Assembly: GCF_021869535.1 (NCBI RefSeq)
Contig: NW_026262690.1
Location: 103,602,001 to 103,666,000, forward strand
Source: Mytilus californianus
Taxonomy: Eukaryota
Length of the DNA: 64,000 bases
Direction: 5' to 3'
Part shown: piece by piece, positions 36,079 through 49,293 of the stretch
Layout of the letters: every line of letters starts with the position of its first letter
Numbering within the stretch: position 1 is the stretch's first letter
Made by a program: the position numbers and the translations under genes
Notes under the pieces: model-generated
Told to the model about the DNA's origin: nothing
The model's input: the letters and a program-made list of their open reading frames with translations, nothing else
Database searches by the model: none

Positions 36079-38163
36079 ATATGTAACACGACGGGTCACA
36101 CATGTGGAGCAGGATCTGCTTACAACTCTGGATTTTTAGCGGGGTTCGTGTTGCTCAGTTTTAAATTCTCGGTGTAGAATTATAACTTTTCGTCGTTATT
36201 CGTTTTTTTTTTTGTGTTTTTTTTTTTGCCATAGCGTTGTCAGTTTTTCCTTGACTTTTGAATTTTGAATGGCCCCTTGGTATATTCCATCTCTTATATA
36301 TATATAAACAACTCTTAATAGAAAACAACGTTCAAACCTTTGATTGCGTTGGATAAAAACCGCAATTATTATACGTGTACATGCAAAACAAATTTCTTGG
36401 TAGAGGGATCTAAATACAGCATAAACATCATTTTCCAAAAGACCAAAACTATTTATACAAGAATCTGTGCGATTGACCAAACAGAATTTCATAACATTAC
36501 AGTTTGACTTTTATCTCAAATATTGTTTAAGTAAGTTTCTTCTCAATCTAATTAAAATATAGTTCTCTGATTGCGTTATACTCAAATACCTATATACTAG
36601 TATACGAGCACGCGAGTTAATATTTATCAGAATTTTAATCAGATTGGTCTCATCTGTTGAAACCGATATATTATTGTTTGGATTTGTCTCATCAGTTTAA
36701 ACAGACTGGCATAGTATTATTTGAGTTAGTCTCATCGATTTAAACAAATATACTTGTATCATTGCTTGAAATTGTCTCATTAGATTGAAAATATTTGCAT
36801 TGTTTAGTTTGTATCTCCAATTCTGAAATATTAGCATAGTATTTTAATTTGTCTTTTACCTCGGTTTTTGTGTTTTTTACCTTGATATATCTTCCTACTG
36901 GATTTTAATACGTGATTTGAAAATCGGTTAACTACTGTCGCTTTCATTTACCAGCTCAAACAGATTTAAAAAGTACCGTTTTAGTAAACAGATTTATACA
37001 GCATTGTTCGAATTTTTGCATCAGATTAAACGGATTTACATAGTGTTGCACGAGTTTATTATCTCCATTAAACACAAATACAAGACATGGTTTGATTGTG
37101 TCTTACTATATATAACACAATACAGGTTAATCCAGAAACCAGTGTCGTCTGTACTGAAATTGGTGTTATGTTATTTTTTTGAGAATGTTACTATTTAAAT
37201 AGGGTATAGGTTAAAGCATTGTTTAAGTGGATCTTGTTAGTATGAACATATTTACATAGCAGCGACAGATTGTTTCTATCAAAACCTTGTAAAAAGTAAA
37301 ACAACAAAAATATCGAACTCCTTGGAAAATCCAAAACGGAAAGTCCGTAATCAAATGGCAAAACCAAAAGCTCAAACACATCAAACGAATGGATAATAAC
37401 TGTCAGAGTTGATAACTTTAGTTAAAACATATATACACATACATGTATGTCACATATTGTTTGAGATATTCTCATCGGCTTAAACTGATTTACACAGTAG
37501 TGCTCGAGCTTATAAGTCGTAGTTTGTCTTAATTAGCTAGTCTCGTCATCTTAAACTCATAGCTTGAGTTTGTGCACCAGTTTCGACCGATTTATTAAGT
37601 GCTATTATAATGTGTGTATCATTAGTACATATGATTTTATTTCAGAATGTGATCAGTTGTTTTTAAACAGATCGTTTTCGTTTGTCTTAATAGAAAGAAA
37701 AGATATGCACATCATTTGTTGTGTTTGTTTCGTCGGATAGAACAGATTTTCATGGTATTGTTATGTTTGCATCAACAGTTTGAACCTTTTCCATAGTATT
37801 GCTGTTTTATGTTGTCTCATTATCATCAGATTAAAAACGTTCTAAAATTTTATTTATTATATATTTTCGTCTTTTAGCCTGTTGTTTCAGAGTATTATTG
37901 TAAGTGTATTTCATCGGATTTAACAGATTTATGAGACGTTTGTTTGAGGTGAATAAATCAAATACACTGCAAGTCCTGCATCTAAAACACTTTACTGAGA
38001 ATTTGTTTTATCAAAATTATTTATCGAAATCTTTATAATTAGAGTTAGCAAATGGTGTACCTACAACCATTTATTCCCCTTTAAAAAAGGATTTATAGTA
38101 ATTTTTGCCTCTGTCTGAAAAACTGTCTACTTTTATGTAACAATAGTAAGCAAGATTGAAGCT

Positions 38164-40152
38164 TCCGGCTGGCCACGTTATTACCGGAGACCTCAACATT
38201 GTCAATAACACTTCCCTGCGAAATTTGTTATCCAAAGCTCCGAAATATCGTGAGCCTAAATCCATCAATTGGAAATACAACTTTAAAATACTGATGGATT
38301 CAGTCGAAGATTATGCCAGGCAATAGGCTAAACGCGAGAAAGAAGACGTAGATACTCTTTCCGAATGGATTAAGGCTGTGAGGTCGTTGATACAAATCCG
38401 AATTAAGAAACTAAATGGGTCTATCAATACCCACGCTACGTCAATTTTTAAAGACCCAAATGTTGCAAAACACTTGTTCTACCTCCATGACAAATGTGTT
38501 ATTGTCCCCGCAGATAAAGCCCCAAACAACATCGTTTTTGTGTGTAAATATCATTACATAAACTGTTTGATAAATCAATTAGGTATTGACAATTCATTTG
38601 GAAACTCAACATATACCCTCACGACACTTACCAAAGAGGAAATCCTGGATAATCATAGGTCTGTTCTATGTTCCTTTGGAATTTCAACCAAAGATGAAGA
38701 ACTGGATCTTCCATCACTATATTGGATACCTAAACTACATAAGTGTCCTTACAAACAACGGTATATAGCTGGGTCTTCCAAGTGATCCACGAAACCTCTT
38801 TCTAAATTATTAACATCTAGTTTATCAGCAATCAAAGCCGGGCTCCAAAGTTATTGTGAAACTGCCTATTCTAGAGGTGGCGTGAATCAGATGTGGATAC
38901 TAAAAAATTCCAAAGATCTTTTAGAGTACATACAATCTAAGACTCTCTCATCTTGCAATAGTATTAAAACATTTGACTTTTCTACGCTTTACATAAATAT
39001 TCCCCATTCCATACTAAAAGACAAATTGAAGGAGTTGGTATTACTTTGTTTCATTAAAAAGAATGGCGAACGTAGATACAAGTATTTTGTCTTGGGGAGG
39101 GATACATCCTACTTTGTAAAGAATCACTCTGATTCAAACAAAAAATTCTCTGAAACTGACATTATCAAGATGCTTGATTTCTTGATTGACAACATATTTG
39201 TGACGTTTGGAGGACGTGTTTTTTTTCAACAGACTGTCGGAATTCCAATGGGAACCAATTGTGTTCCTCTTCTTGCCGACTTGTTTCTTTATTATTATGA
39301 GGCTGACTTGAAACAGGAACTTCTTAGGAAGAAAGATAAGAAGTTAGCAATATCCTTTAACTTTACGTTCCGCTATATAGATGATGTTCTCTCACTAAAT
39401 AATACAAAATTTGGTGACTATGTTGAACGAATCTATCCCATCGAACTAGAGATAAAGGATATTACAGATACAGTTCAGTCTGTCTCATATCTTGACTTAC
39501 ATTTAGAAATTGACAATGAGGGTCGGTTGAAAACAAAACTTTACGACAAAAGAGATGATTTCAGCTTCTCAATTGTGAACTTTCCATTTCTATGTAGCAA
39601 CATTCCAGCAGCGCCTGCATACGGAGTATATATCTCCCAATTGATACGATATTCCCGGGCTTGTATTTCCTATCATGATTTCCTTGATAGAGGATTGCTG
39701 CTCACAAGGAATCTATTAAACCAAGAGTTCCAAAATGGTGAAGTCGAAATCATCCGTTCGTAAATTTTACGGACGCCATCACGAGTTGGTTGACCGTTAT
39801 GGAATAACCGTTTCACAGATGATATCGGATATGTTACTTATGTCGTAACTACAATATTCTTCCCTTTTCACGAATGTGACCTACCGAATTAGACTATTTA
39901 CCGGATTTGTAATAACATAAGCAACACGACGGGTGCCACATGTGGAGCAGGATCTGCTTACCCTTCCGGAGCACCTGAGATCACCCCAAGTTTTTGGTGG
40001 GGTTCGTGTTGCTTAGTCTTTAGTTTTCTATGTTGTGTCATCTGTACTATTATTTGTCTGTTTGTCTTTTTATTTTAGGCCATGGCGTTGTCAGTTGTTT
40101 GTTTTCGATCTGTGAGTTTGACTGTCCCTCTGGTATCTTTCGTCCCTCTTTT
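38164..40152 (+). mobile_element. 5'-truncated Naiad-type Penelope-like retroelement, RT nearly intact
   Basis: [54 protein letters not shown]. Only a TAG (38324-38326), a TGA (38783-38785) and a +1 frameshift near 39735 interrupt the frame. 3' end gtccctctttt. Confidence 0.9.
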
Positions 40153-41897
40153 AAAAGCAATATAAATCTTAAAAGGATTTTATAGTAATGTTTGCCTCTG
40201 TTGGAAAAACTGTCTGCTTTCATGTGCCAATAGTAAGCAAGACTGAAGCTGAAAAGCAATACAAGTCCGGTGCAGAGTTTTCACCCAGTTGTTAGTATAG
40301 GGTGCACATCACTGGATATTATATTGTCAACCACACAATAGTTTATACATAAGCTTCTAGAACTGTCCAATGGCGTTCGGGGACTTGTTTTGCTTTCGTT
40401 TTGTTAGCTAATGTTTTGGCTAAAAGAAAACTGGATATTATAGATAATTTCTCTTGAATTTGAATGCCCGTAGAAAATTAGTTCACTATAAACCAAAATA
40501 AAATATTAAGATAATAAGAAAAAATTTGACGACCATGTTAGTCTTGCTAAATTATAGATTAATCTATCAATTTATTACCATGCCTTTATTTTTGTTCGTT
40601 GATTCTTTTTTACTTATTTTGGTTATTTCAATCATCTATCACAAAGCTTTGAAACATGAAGGGTATCCTGGTTTAAAATATTTGAGACAGTAACCGGAGT
40701 TTGTTTCATTTAGGAACGTTTTATATGTTTGCAGTTTCACACCATTGTTGTCATGCAAGAATCACGTGTCATGTAAAACGATATCCTATATTCTACACGG
40801 ATTAGTAAGATTCGGTGTCTTTGTCATAAATCCTAAGCTAACACTATTTACAAATTATTCCAATGCACATCGAACTTTCAAAAATATATTATGGTACAAA
40901 AAGTGACGACTGGATAGATGGCTCACCTAGAGATAAGTTGGAATTGGCAAAAACGAATACATCGATTTGCTGCATACGACGTTTGAATGTAAGCTTAACT
41001 TCGCCATGTGATAAACATATCTATAACAGAAATCCGAAGACATGTAGAGGTCACACATAGTCTTCAAAAAAAGTTTCTATACACTATTTTATTCCATTGA
41101 AATATTCAAAATTTGTTTTAGAAACAAATTTTAGTTGTTGTGTTAACTCATTCTAATCTATTTCTTTCCTATCTTATTTTAAACAAAACAATTTGTTTTA
41201 TACGTCTTATCAATTTTCAGATATTAAGTATGTTTTAATGCAACCTTTGTCTTGGCAATTGACATTTATTCTTTATTCAAAAATAAAGGTAAGAACTTAA
41301 AATAATTTTTTATTAATTTGTAAATATATATGGATAAATATTTATTACCAATATTTGGCATCCATGTTTGTATACTATTATGACTTGCATCGTTGTTAGT
41401 ATGTATTTCATTTCATATATATCAACTGTTAGATCTGGAAACCATTTTCTATTTATCTTAAATCTGATTATGTGGACATGTAACTCTATCCAGCAAATTG
41501 TTTTAATGCAACAATCACAAGTGTGACCCAGTACTTTTATAAGGTGAATCTAAGGTGCAAACTTCGGAAATATTTCAAATGTGCTGAAATAAAGAACAGA
41601 TTGATAAGATTATTTAGAGTCAAAATTAAAGTCAAATAAAAATACATACGAAAATGTTCCATTATAATGCATTTCTTTTTTGTCATTAAACCAAAGTTGA
41701 CGAACAATTCCGATTTCACTTCGAACGACCATGACTGTTGGTTCTGAAAACAAATGTTAAACTTTGCCGTTTATAAGCTGCAAATGTTAAATTGAACTTT
41801 ATCATTTTAAACAGGTCAGTACCAGTCATTAGTGACTGTTTGTTATGTTCCCGCAGGTACTGACAGTCAATCAGTAGTGGAACTGACCTAACGTACG

Positions 41898-42551
41898 ATA
41901 AAATTGAGAATGAAAATGGGGAATGCGTCAAAGAGACAACAACCCGACCAAAGAGCAGAAAACAGCCGAAGACCACCAATGGGTCTTCAACACAGCGAGA
42001 AAATCCCGCACCCGGAGGCGGGCTTCAGCTGGCCCCTAAACAAAATTGTGTACTAGTTCAATGAAAATGGACGTCACACTAAACTTCAAAACATATAAAT
42101 GAAATAAAATTAAAAAACATACAAGACTAACTAAGGCCAGAGGCTCATGACTTGGTACAGGCGCAAAAATGCGGCCTGGTAAAACATGTTTTGTGAGATC
42201 TCAACCCTCCCCTATACCTCTAGCCGATGTAGAATAAACAAACACACAGCAATATGCACAGTAAAACTCAGTTTAAAAGAAGTCCGAGTCCGATGTCAGA
42301 ATAGGTAACAAAAGAAGCTAAGCAAAATGACAATGATACATAAATTAACAAAGGACTACTAGCAGTTAATGACATACCAGCTCCAGACCTTAATTAAACT
42401 GATTGAAAGATTATGTCTTCATCATATGAAAATCAAGCACAATCCCTCCCGTTAGGGGTTTAGTATCATACCATCAAAAAATATATGAGAAGAACATAAC
42501 CCGTATCATGCCAACAACTGGTTTTAGAATAAATGTGTTTATTTCCGATGC
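41898..42551 (-). mobile_element. Solo 3' UTR of Penelope-like family 2
   Basis: High nucleotide identity to 12498-13150; a smaller piece lies at 27737-27847 (+). Confidence 0.85.
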
Positions 42552-43917
42552 CCATTTCAGAAAAGCTGTGACGGTCAAAGAAAATAATAATAGAAAATAA
42601 ACTAGTATCACCCTGGTTGTATCCGAAGTTTCTTGTATGCATCTGAAGAAATGTTTTAATGTGAGCAATCGCCCTTGGCTAATCAGCAACATCAGTATTA
42701 TGCTGAGTTGGACTTCTACTATGTTTGCTTGTCGGGGCAAATATAATACAAACTAACACATTTTCACAACAGTAATTGCAACAGAATCACAAAACAGTGT
42801 GTTTGTGTTGTATATAAACATAGTTCGTTACTGCATCTGTTATCCAAATCACCCGTATTAACCCCTACTTTAAAATATACCGTTGGTCTAAAAAATATTT
42901 AACTTAAATACCAGACTGTTAATCCTCTTAGTACATGTACTCATACATACCCGATTACGTGATCTGTCATTTTTATACAAAACCACCGCGTTGTACCTGT
43001 GCACTTGTTAACCTGAGCTTTTTCATCCTAGAGAGGTTTTATGAAAAGAATTTCATTTGTTTCTTGTGCTTTTGGCAATTTCGTGAAATTTAGATACAAG
43101 TATGTGTGGCCAATTGTGTTCATTGGATATTACTTCCGTAGAAAAATTTTACAGTCAGTACAAACATATTAATTTCTGGTCTTGAAAATGTGACCCATTT
43201 GTCTTTTTATCTTTGGCGTTATGTGTCTTTGTTCGACTTATTATATTCATGTTTTATTTGTTTTCGTTTCATATTGATTTGAATGAATACATTCACATTA
43301 GCGTCCTTTGGTCTAGGGCGAATACTTCTCTTGACAAAATGATCAGCTAATGTATAGTATCGGGATCTTTCACCATCTTGGATATATAAAAGCAAATGAT
43401 CGGTCCAGAGTTTAATTACGTAATCCGATATTGATGCAAGGATGCAATTCATTTGTAAGATGTTTTATGTAAACGCAGAAAAGTATTTGATTTAATATTA
43501 TGATAACAACTGTTTTTATAAATACAGAATTACTTTATTCAATTTTCTAAACTTTGCTTTATAAGTGGAGACAATCCGATAATTTCATTTCATAAAGGAA
43601 TGTGCAATGAATTTTTCTATTTTGTTATATAGCAAGAAAAAGGGTACTGTGACGCCATTGTTTCTTTTCAGTTTCTAAAAGCATTTTATAAGAGCTATCT
43701 TCTCACATCTAATTTTAAAGATCTATCATTTAGTTTTCTTTCTATGCACATGAATATTATTTCCCTGTATGTTTATTACATATTGTGTCATTTTCAACTC
43801 CCTCAGGCAAAGTTGACCTTAGATGGATTTGGCTATTTGTTTTAGGTATTTTTGTCATATAGCTCTTCAACTGTTTCGGTACTTATACATCCTCGGATTT
43901 CAAATGTTTGGCTTTGA

Positions 43918-43959
43918 GCGTTCCTGATGAAGGTAAATCCAGAAAAGCGCTTCGGACGC
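43918..43959 (+). ncRNA. Hammerhead-like motif (family B) within a 43790-43995 retrozyme-like fragment
   Basis: GCGTTC CTGATGA aggtaaatcca GAAA AGCGCT TC / GGACGC; palindromic stem III AAGCGCTT; stem II weak (2 bp). A core-mutated copy lies at 6411-6453 (-). Confidence 0.65.
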
Positions 43960-44542
43960 ATGAAATTATTAAACGTGTTGTTTTCAATTTTTCACAACCT
44001 GTAGATTAAAAAACAAGCTGGTGACCTGATAGATCTATGATATTTTTTTTTATCAAAATAGCATTACACACACTACACTTTTGCAAAATATGTAAAACCT
44101 ATGTCAAGTTTTGTTTAACCCATTAAAAGTGTAGGTGTTCTTTAAAATCATAATTTAAGATATCGATAAAGGTCATAAAGTACAAACTAAGTTTCGATTA
44201 TAAACTCTATTAAAAAACCACCATAATGATATTCTATTTGTATTTATTCAAAGGTTTAAAGATATATTATGTTGTTTGTCAATTATGCTTAAATCTAAAT
44301 CACTTGGTCTCTGATGGATAGTTTTCTTATTGGCAATCATACCACATCTTATTGCTATATTGATATTTCCATGAAGCAAACGTCTATATATATATAAAAA
44401 AAAAACCGCACCAACAGTTTTCGTCATATTTATGAAAATTAAGGTATATTATATCGTCATTATGATATCACAGTGTTGTAAATTATGTCAAATTTACTTA
44501 GTTTCTTGTTCATATTTATATTTCTGTTATCTCATAAATGCT

Positions 44543-44833
44543 GTGCACGACTTTCAAGAACAAGTGCGCACGACTTTCAAACTTGTGCGCATGGTTTTCA
44601 AACTGGTGCAGATGACTTTCAAATTCGTGCTCGCGACTTTAAAAAATGGTGCGCAAGACTTTCAAAATGGTGCGCCCGAGTTTCAAATTGGTGCGCATGA
44701 CTTTCAAGAACTGGTGTGTACGACTTTGAAACTTGTACGCACTAGTTTGAAAGTCGTGCGTACCAGTTTGAAAGTCATGCGTACCAGTTTTTGAAAGTTG
44801 TGCGCGCTAGTTTTCAAATGTCATGCGCACCAG
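44543..44833. repeat. About 21-bp minisatellite that switches orientation mid-array
   Basis: GTGCGCACGACTTTCAAACTG units to about 44715, then reverse-complement units (GTACGCACTAGTTTGAAAGTC). Confidence 0.8.
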
Positions 44834-44899
44834 ATTAAATCTCCAGTAAACGAAAATATTTCTATTTACTTGGCACTTAAGGGACTCCGTAAGGGGCTC

Positions 44900-45700
44900 C
44901 TTACACAATGAAATATACACTTTCCTGTACAAAAAAAAAGTAAAATATAAATACAACGGTATACAAAATGAAACAAAAATATAAATACAACGGTATACAA
45001 AATGAAACAAAACTATAAAAATCTCATTTCTCCGAATAGGATCGCCAAACGCCATAAACGTGACAGCTGGATGCACATATACTGAACCACGTCAAGAGGC
45101 ATACGACCAAATGGAACATAATAGTACAAAGACAAATAAAAGTAAAACTTTAAAGTAAATAAAATGCTACACAGAGTCAGCACCCAGAATCTATAACTCA
45201 AGACCATCCTGCATTATTTGTTAAGTTGACAATGAATATTATTTTATTAAGTCTTGATACTTTCCAGTGAACTTTTTGCGACAAAGGACGAGATGTTCTT
45301 TCACAAAACCCTGGCTCATCAATTTTTTGCACACTCACTGATAAAGTTTTACAAACTCTGAGTAGCAAGCTCCTGAAAATCGTATGAGTTAAGAAGTAAT
45401 GTATACTCCATACCCAGATGAAGTTGGTAAATCGCTGCTAAGGTGAGGACAATTTATAATTTCAAAATTGAAATCATCTCGTTTGTCAGACTCTGGTAAT
45501 GAGATGACCACTATATCAAATTCGGGGTATATGTCTAAAAATGAGGCCGAGGAAGCTGTATATGTGGTGTCTATAATCTCTAGTTCATGACTATCAATGA
45601 GACCCAAGCAGAAAAGTTTGTATAGTTAATGGAAAGAACATCCTCAATACCCCTGTATGTAAAATTAAATAATATAGCTTCTTTAATCTAGCCCTTACGA
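44900..45700 (-). mobile_element. Decayed Penelope-like family 1 RT C-terminus plus 3' UTR
   Basis: ELEIIDTT..ASSASFLD..DKRDDFNFEIIN..PTSSGYGVYI; similar to 7870-8330. Confidence 0.8.
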
Positions 45701-46601
45701 GAAAAAAATGTATCCATTAAGATGTGTCCAGGGAAAGACCACCAGACATCCTCTCGCTTCACTCATTTGTGGATGCATTACCCATTATATATACAAAGAT
45801 ATTTACTTTTCGACCATTTAAGCTCCTGGAGGTCTTATTATCTTGGATGCCTAGTTACTTGTAGCATTGACTCTTAAAAGAAAACAGGTATAAAAATGGG
45901 TATATTTAAAAATAAAATTAAAGCATTGATTTACGTTCAAGGTAAGTAATTACACGCTTCAACCAATTACAAGTATATCAATGATGTTTTCTGATCAGAA
46001 AAGTCTGGTCACGCCTTGTCTTCACGATCAAATTAATGCGTTGAATGATCTTTCACGATCAATTTTGATTAAAAAGCAACAAAAATAATATGAACTTTTT
46101 CAAGTTATGACATACTTTTATTTTACTGGACTATCTGACACAATAAAGATTAAGTTTCAAATATATCATGCTATATTGGAATGTGACCTGTACCCCTTTT
46201 TTTGGCATTTTTACCTATTATGTCTGTTTGTTTGTTCACACATTGTTGTCAATATAATGGAATTTTATGCGACTAGCTTTAAAACCAGGTTTAATCCACC
46301 ATTTTCTAGATAAGAAAATGCGTGTACCAAGTCAGGAATATGACAGTTGTTTTCCATTCGTTTGATGTGTTTGAGCTTTTGATTTTGCCAATTGTTAAGA
46401 GACTTTCCGTTTTGAATTTTCCTTGGAGTCCTGTATTTTTGTTGTTTTACTTTTTATTTTTTTTATATATTCAAAACGTGTGTTTTTTTTGTTTTTTTTT
46501 TATAATAATTCTTTATTGTCATATAAGTACAATATCATACTTGTGACAAATACAAATAATAACAACAACAAAAAATAAACTGATTTAAATACATATATAT
46601 A

Positions 46602-48244
46602 TGTTACAGGCATTTTCTAAATTTAGTGATTTTGAAAAATGCCTAAAAACTTCAGGCATTTTCTAAAATGCCTGTAAGATTCAGGCATTTTATATATTGA
46701 CTAATTTTTCTAGGCATTTTACAAAATGCCTGAAATTATTTTATAGAATGAAATGTTAACATAAAAATGAACAATTGAAAGTTTTGAACAACAGAGCAGT
46801 TTTATCTATGATAATTACTGAATGTTAAAGCTTGCATTTTAAGAGTTTTAATAATCAAAAATAAAGTCTACTGAATTATTCCAAATTCACACAAGCACAG
46901 AACTCGACAATTATTTTTTTTTATTTCATAAAATGTTTGGATGGCAAAACTGTTACACAATATTTGTCCAGATTTTTTTCAAATACATTGTTTGGCGTAA
47001 AATCTGGTTTTAGCACTTCAACCACATTTGGATAAACCTGGATCATGACACATTTAGCTCTTTCAATACCTTTTCTGATAAAACACTTAACGTTCAACAA
47101 AATTGGGTTTCGCAATAAGCACACACGTCACACATGCATATCTCCTTTTTCATATGTTCCCAAAAGATTCAAAGTACATTGGCATGATTAGTTTGGCTTA
47201 TCATAGTTTTTAACGAACTGAAGCAGATCTGCCCATGACGGGTGATGCATCTATAACAGTAGACGCTTACCCTGTCAATGCACCATTATTTGTCTCTTTT
47301 TGGTCGCATTTCGAGATTTAAACCACAGTTACCTACTGCCTCATTAATTCATGAGATTGCAAAGACCCAAGAATTCCCTTGAGGCAGTGAAGTAGAAGAT
47401 ACTCACATCTTTGCATCAAAACCAAACACTGCCTTGTATGGCAACCCATGCTATAGAGGGGAATTTGTTTGGATGTGGATGTATAAATTCGCATTCTTTC
47501 TGAATGGGGACATTAAATATTTTGCCGCGCGTTAGTAAAGTGCAACACTCTCTGCACGTTAAGAACTCTTTGACCGTTCTGCAGATGAACGTTTCTGTCC
47601 CTATCCAAAATATCTTCATTTCAAGCGGCAGTCGAAATTCCTGTCCTTTATCAAGGTCAATCCATTGCAGAACTAACTTATTTGAATTATTACCAATTTG
47701 TTCTCGTCTTACAAATGCATGAAATATTTGCTACTGAATGCGAACAAACAGCAATCAGTCATTTAAAAACAATCTTCTTTTTCTCTGCTTTATATGTTTC
47801 ACTTCTGTTTTGAATCTAGATTTTCTTAAAATTCATTTGTAAATTTTGTTCTATTAAAAGAACAGTTTGTCCTTCTGTCATTTTGACAAAATGATCATAT
47901 TTAGATTACTATCTGAAATACAGAGTGAGTACATACTTAACTTGGTTTCACTAAAAAGAACATTTCATAGACATACAAACTTTCCAACCTGGTTTTTGAA
48001 GGATAAATTAATTTTACCAACTCATTAGTTATTTTCTTTGTAAGATGTTGTGTTTTTGTCATTTGAAACTCAATGATATCCCTTTTCTACAAATTACCTG
48101 AAACTGAACAGGCAATTTGTTGAATTTTGTTTCAAAATTTCAGTCATTTTACAAAATGACTAGATATTTTTAGTCATTTTATATAAATTGCCTAAAAATT
48201 CAGTCATTTTACAAAATGCCTAGATTTAGAAAACGTCTGTAACA
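46602..48244. mobile_element. TIR DNA transposon remnant with TGT termini inserted in (TA)n
   Basis: TIR TGTTACAGGCATTTTCTAAAT vs TGTTACAGACGTTTTCTAAAT (19/21); subterminal AGGCATTTT..AAAATGCCT repeats at both ends; degenerate internal ORF fragments. Confidence 0.75.
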
Positions 48245-48411
48245 TATATATATATGACATTAGTAGTCTCCCGTCATACTATTGTTAACGTCAATCAATT
48301 GTTTTATAAAACTTATGTATACAAGTCACATTACCTGAAGATCTGTGAAAGCAGTGAACGCGCTAGTAAAAGTGATGAATTGAAACCGTTATTATCTTTT
48401 ATTAATTTTCT

Positions 48412-48444
<33 letters not shown>

Positions 48445-48453
<9 letters not shown>

Positions 48454-48695
48454 GCCTAAAAAGTGTACACAACAACACCAATAACAAAAAAAGGAACTAT
48501 AAATGTAATTATTTATAAATATTTCGGATAACAGATATCCTTCATCAGTAAATATGATTGTGATGTATTCAACATCACAATCATATTTACTGATGAAGGA
48601 TATCTGTTATCCGAAATATTTATAAAAAAATACATTTATAGTTCCTTTTTTTTTGTTATTGGTGTTGTTGTGTACACTTTTTAGGCGTTTATATA
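48445..48695. repeat. Near-perfect about 250-bp palindrome in (TA)n with a hammerhead motif in each arm
   Basis: Arms are reverse complements around a 5-nt loop at 48567-48571; CTGATGAAGGATATCTGTTATCCGAAA at 48590 (+) and its mirror at 48510-48554 (-). Confidence 0.9.
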
Positions 48696-48814
48696 ATTTA
48701 TTTAGTATGTACATGTATTGTTACTCATAACGATCCAGCGCCCTCGTGGAAAAATCGTTGACTATTATTCAGACGTTTTATATATATATAGAGGATATAT
48801 ATTTATATATATAT

Positions 48815-49160
48815 ACAAGTCTAAATTGAAAACAACGTTCAAACCTATGATTGCGCTGGATAAAAATCGCAATTTTTATACGTGTGCATGCAAAACAAAT
48901 TTCTTAGTAAAGGGGTCTAAATACAGCACAAACAACATTTTCCAAAAGACCAAAAAAGTGACAAAGTCTATTTTAAGAAAACGCATTTGACTAGCAGGTC
49001 GAACAACGGATGTTCTTAAACCCTGCTGACTGCCATTGGCGATTGCCAAATGAAATGATCACCAGATGTAACAAAATGGATCTTAAATATTAATTTAATA
49101 TCAAACAGAAAACAATAAACTCGCGGAAAAGATGGTATACCGCAAACAAAAGGCGCAAAA
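48815..49160 (+). repeat. About 345-bp dispersed repeat adjoining (TA)n
   Basis: Near-identical copy at about 49810-50150 and a partial copy at about 36320-36475. Confidence 0.8.
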
Positions 49161-49166
49161 TTTAGT

Positions 49167-49210
49167 ACACCATATCCGGATTTCGACAATTAATGTCTCT
49201 TCAGTAATGT
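49167..49210 (-). ncRNA. Minimal type I hammerhead ribozyme, intact (family C)
   Basis: - strand: ACATTA CTGAAGA GAC attaatt GTC GAAA T CCGG A TA / TGGTGT; palindromic stem III ATCCGGAT. Confidence 0.85.
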
Positions 49211-49293
49211 TAGGAATCGAAACGGTATTTAGAAGGCCATATAATTTACCTCAAGTTAGGATAGACTCTTGAATTTTGAATTATGGCCTTCCA

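Noticed and set aside
38081-40250. 83-bp direct repeats as a long target-site duplication
   Set aside because: They differ at about 10 positions, and the sequence after both (aaaagcaata) shows a pre-existing tandem duplication.
43219-43452. 77-aa - strand ORF that looks coding
   Set aside because: No recognisable motif, no compatible neighbouring exons or convincing splice sites.
44432-44794. 120-aa ORF with heptad-like repeats
   Set aside because: Translation of the 21-bp minisatellite; no splice or homology support.
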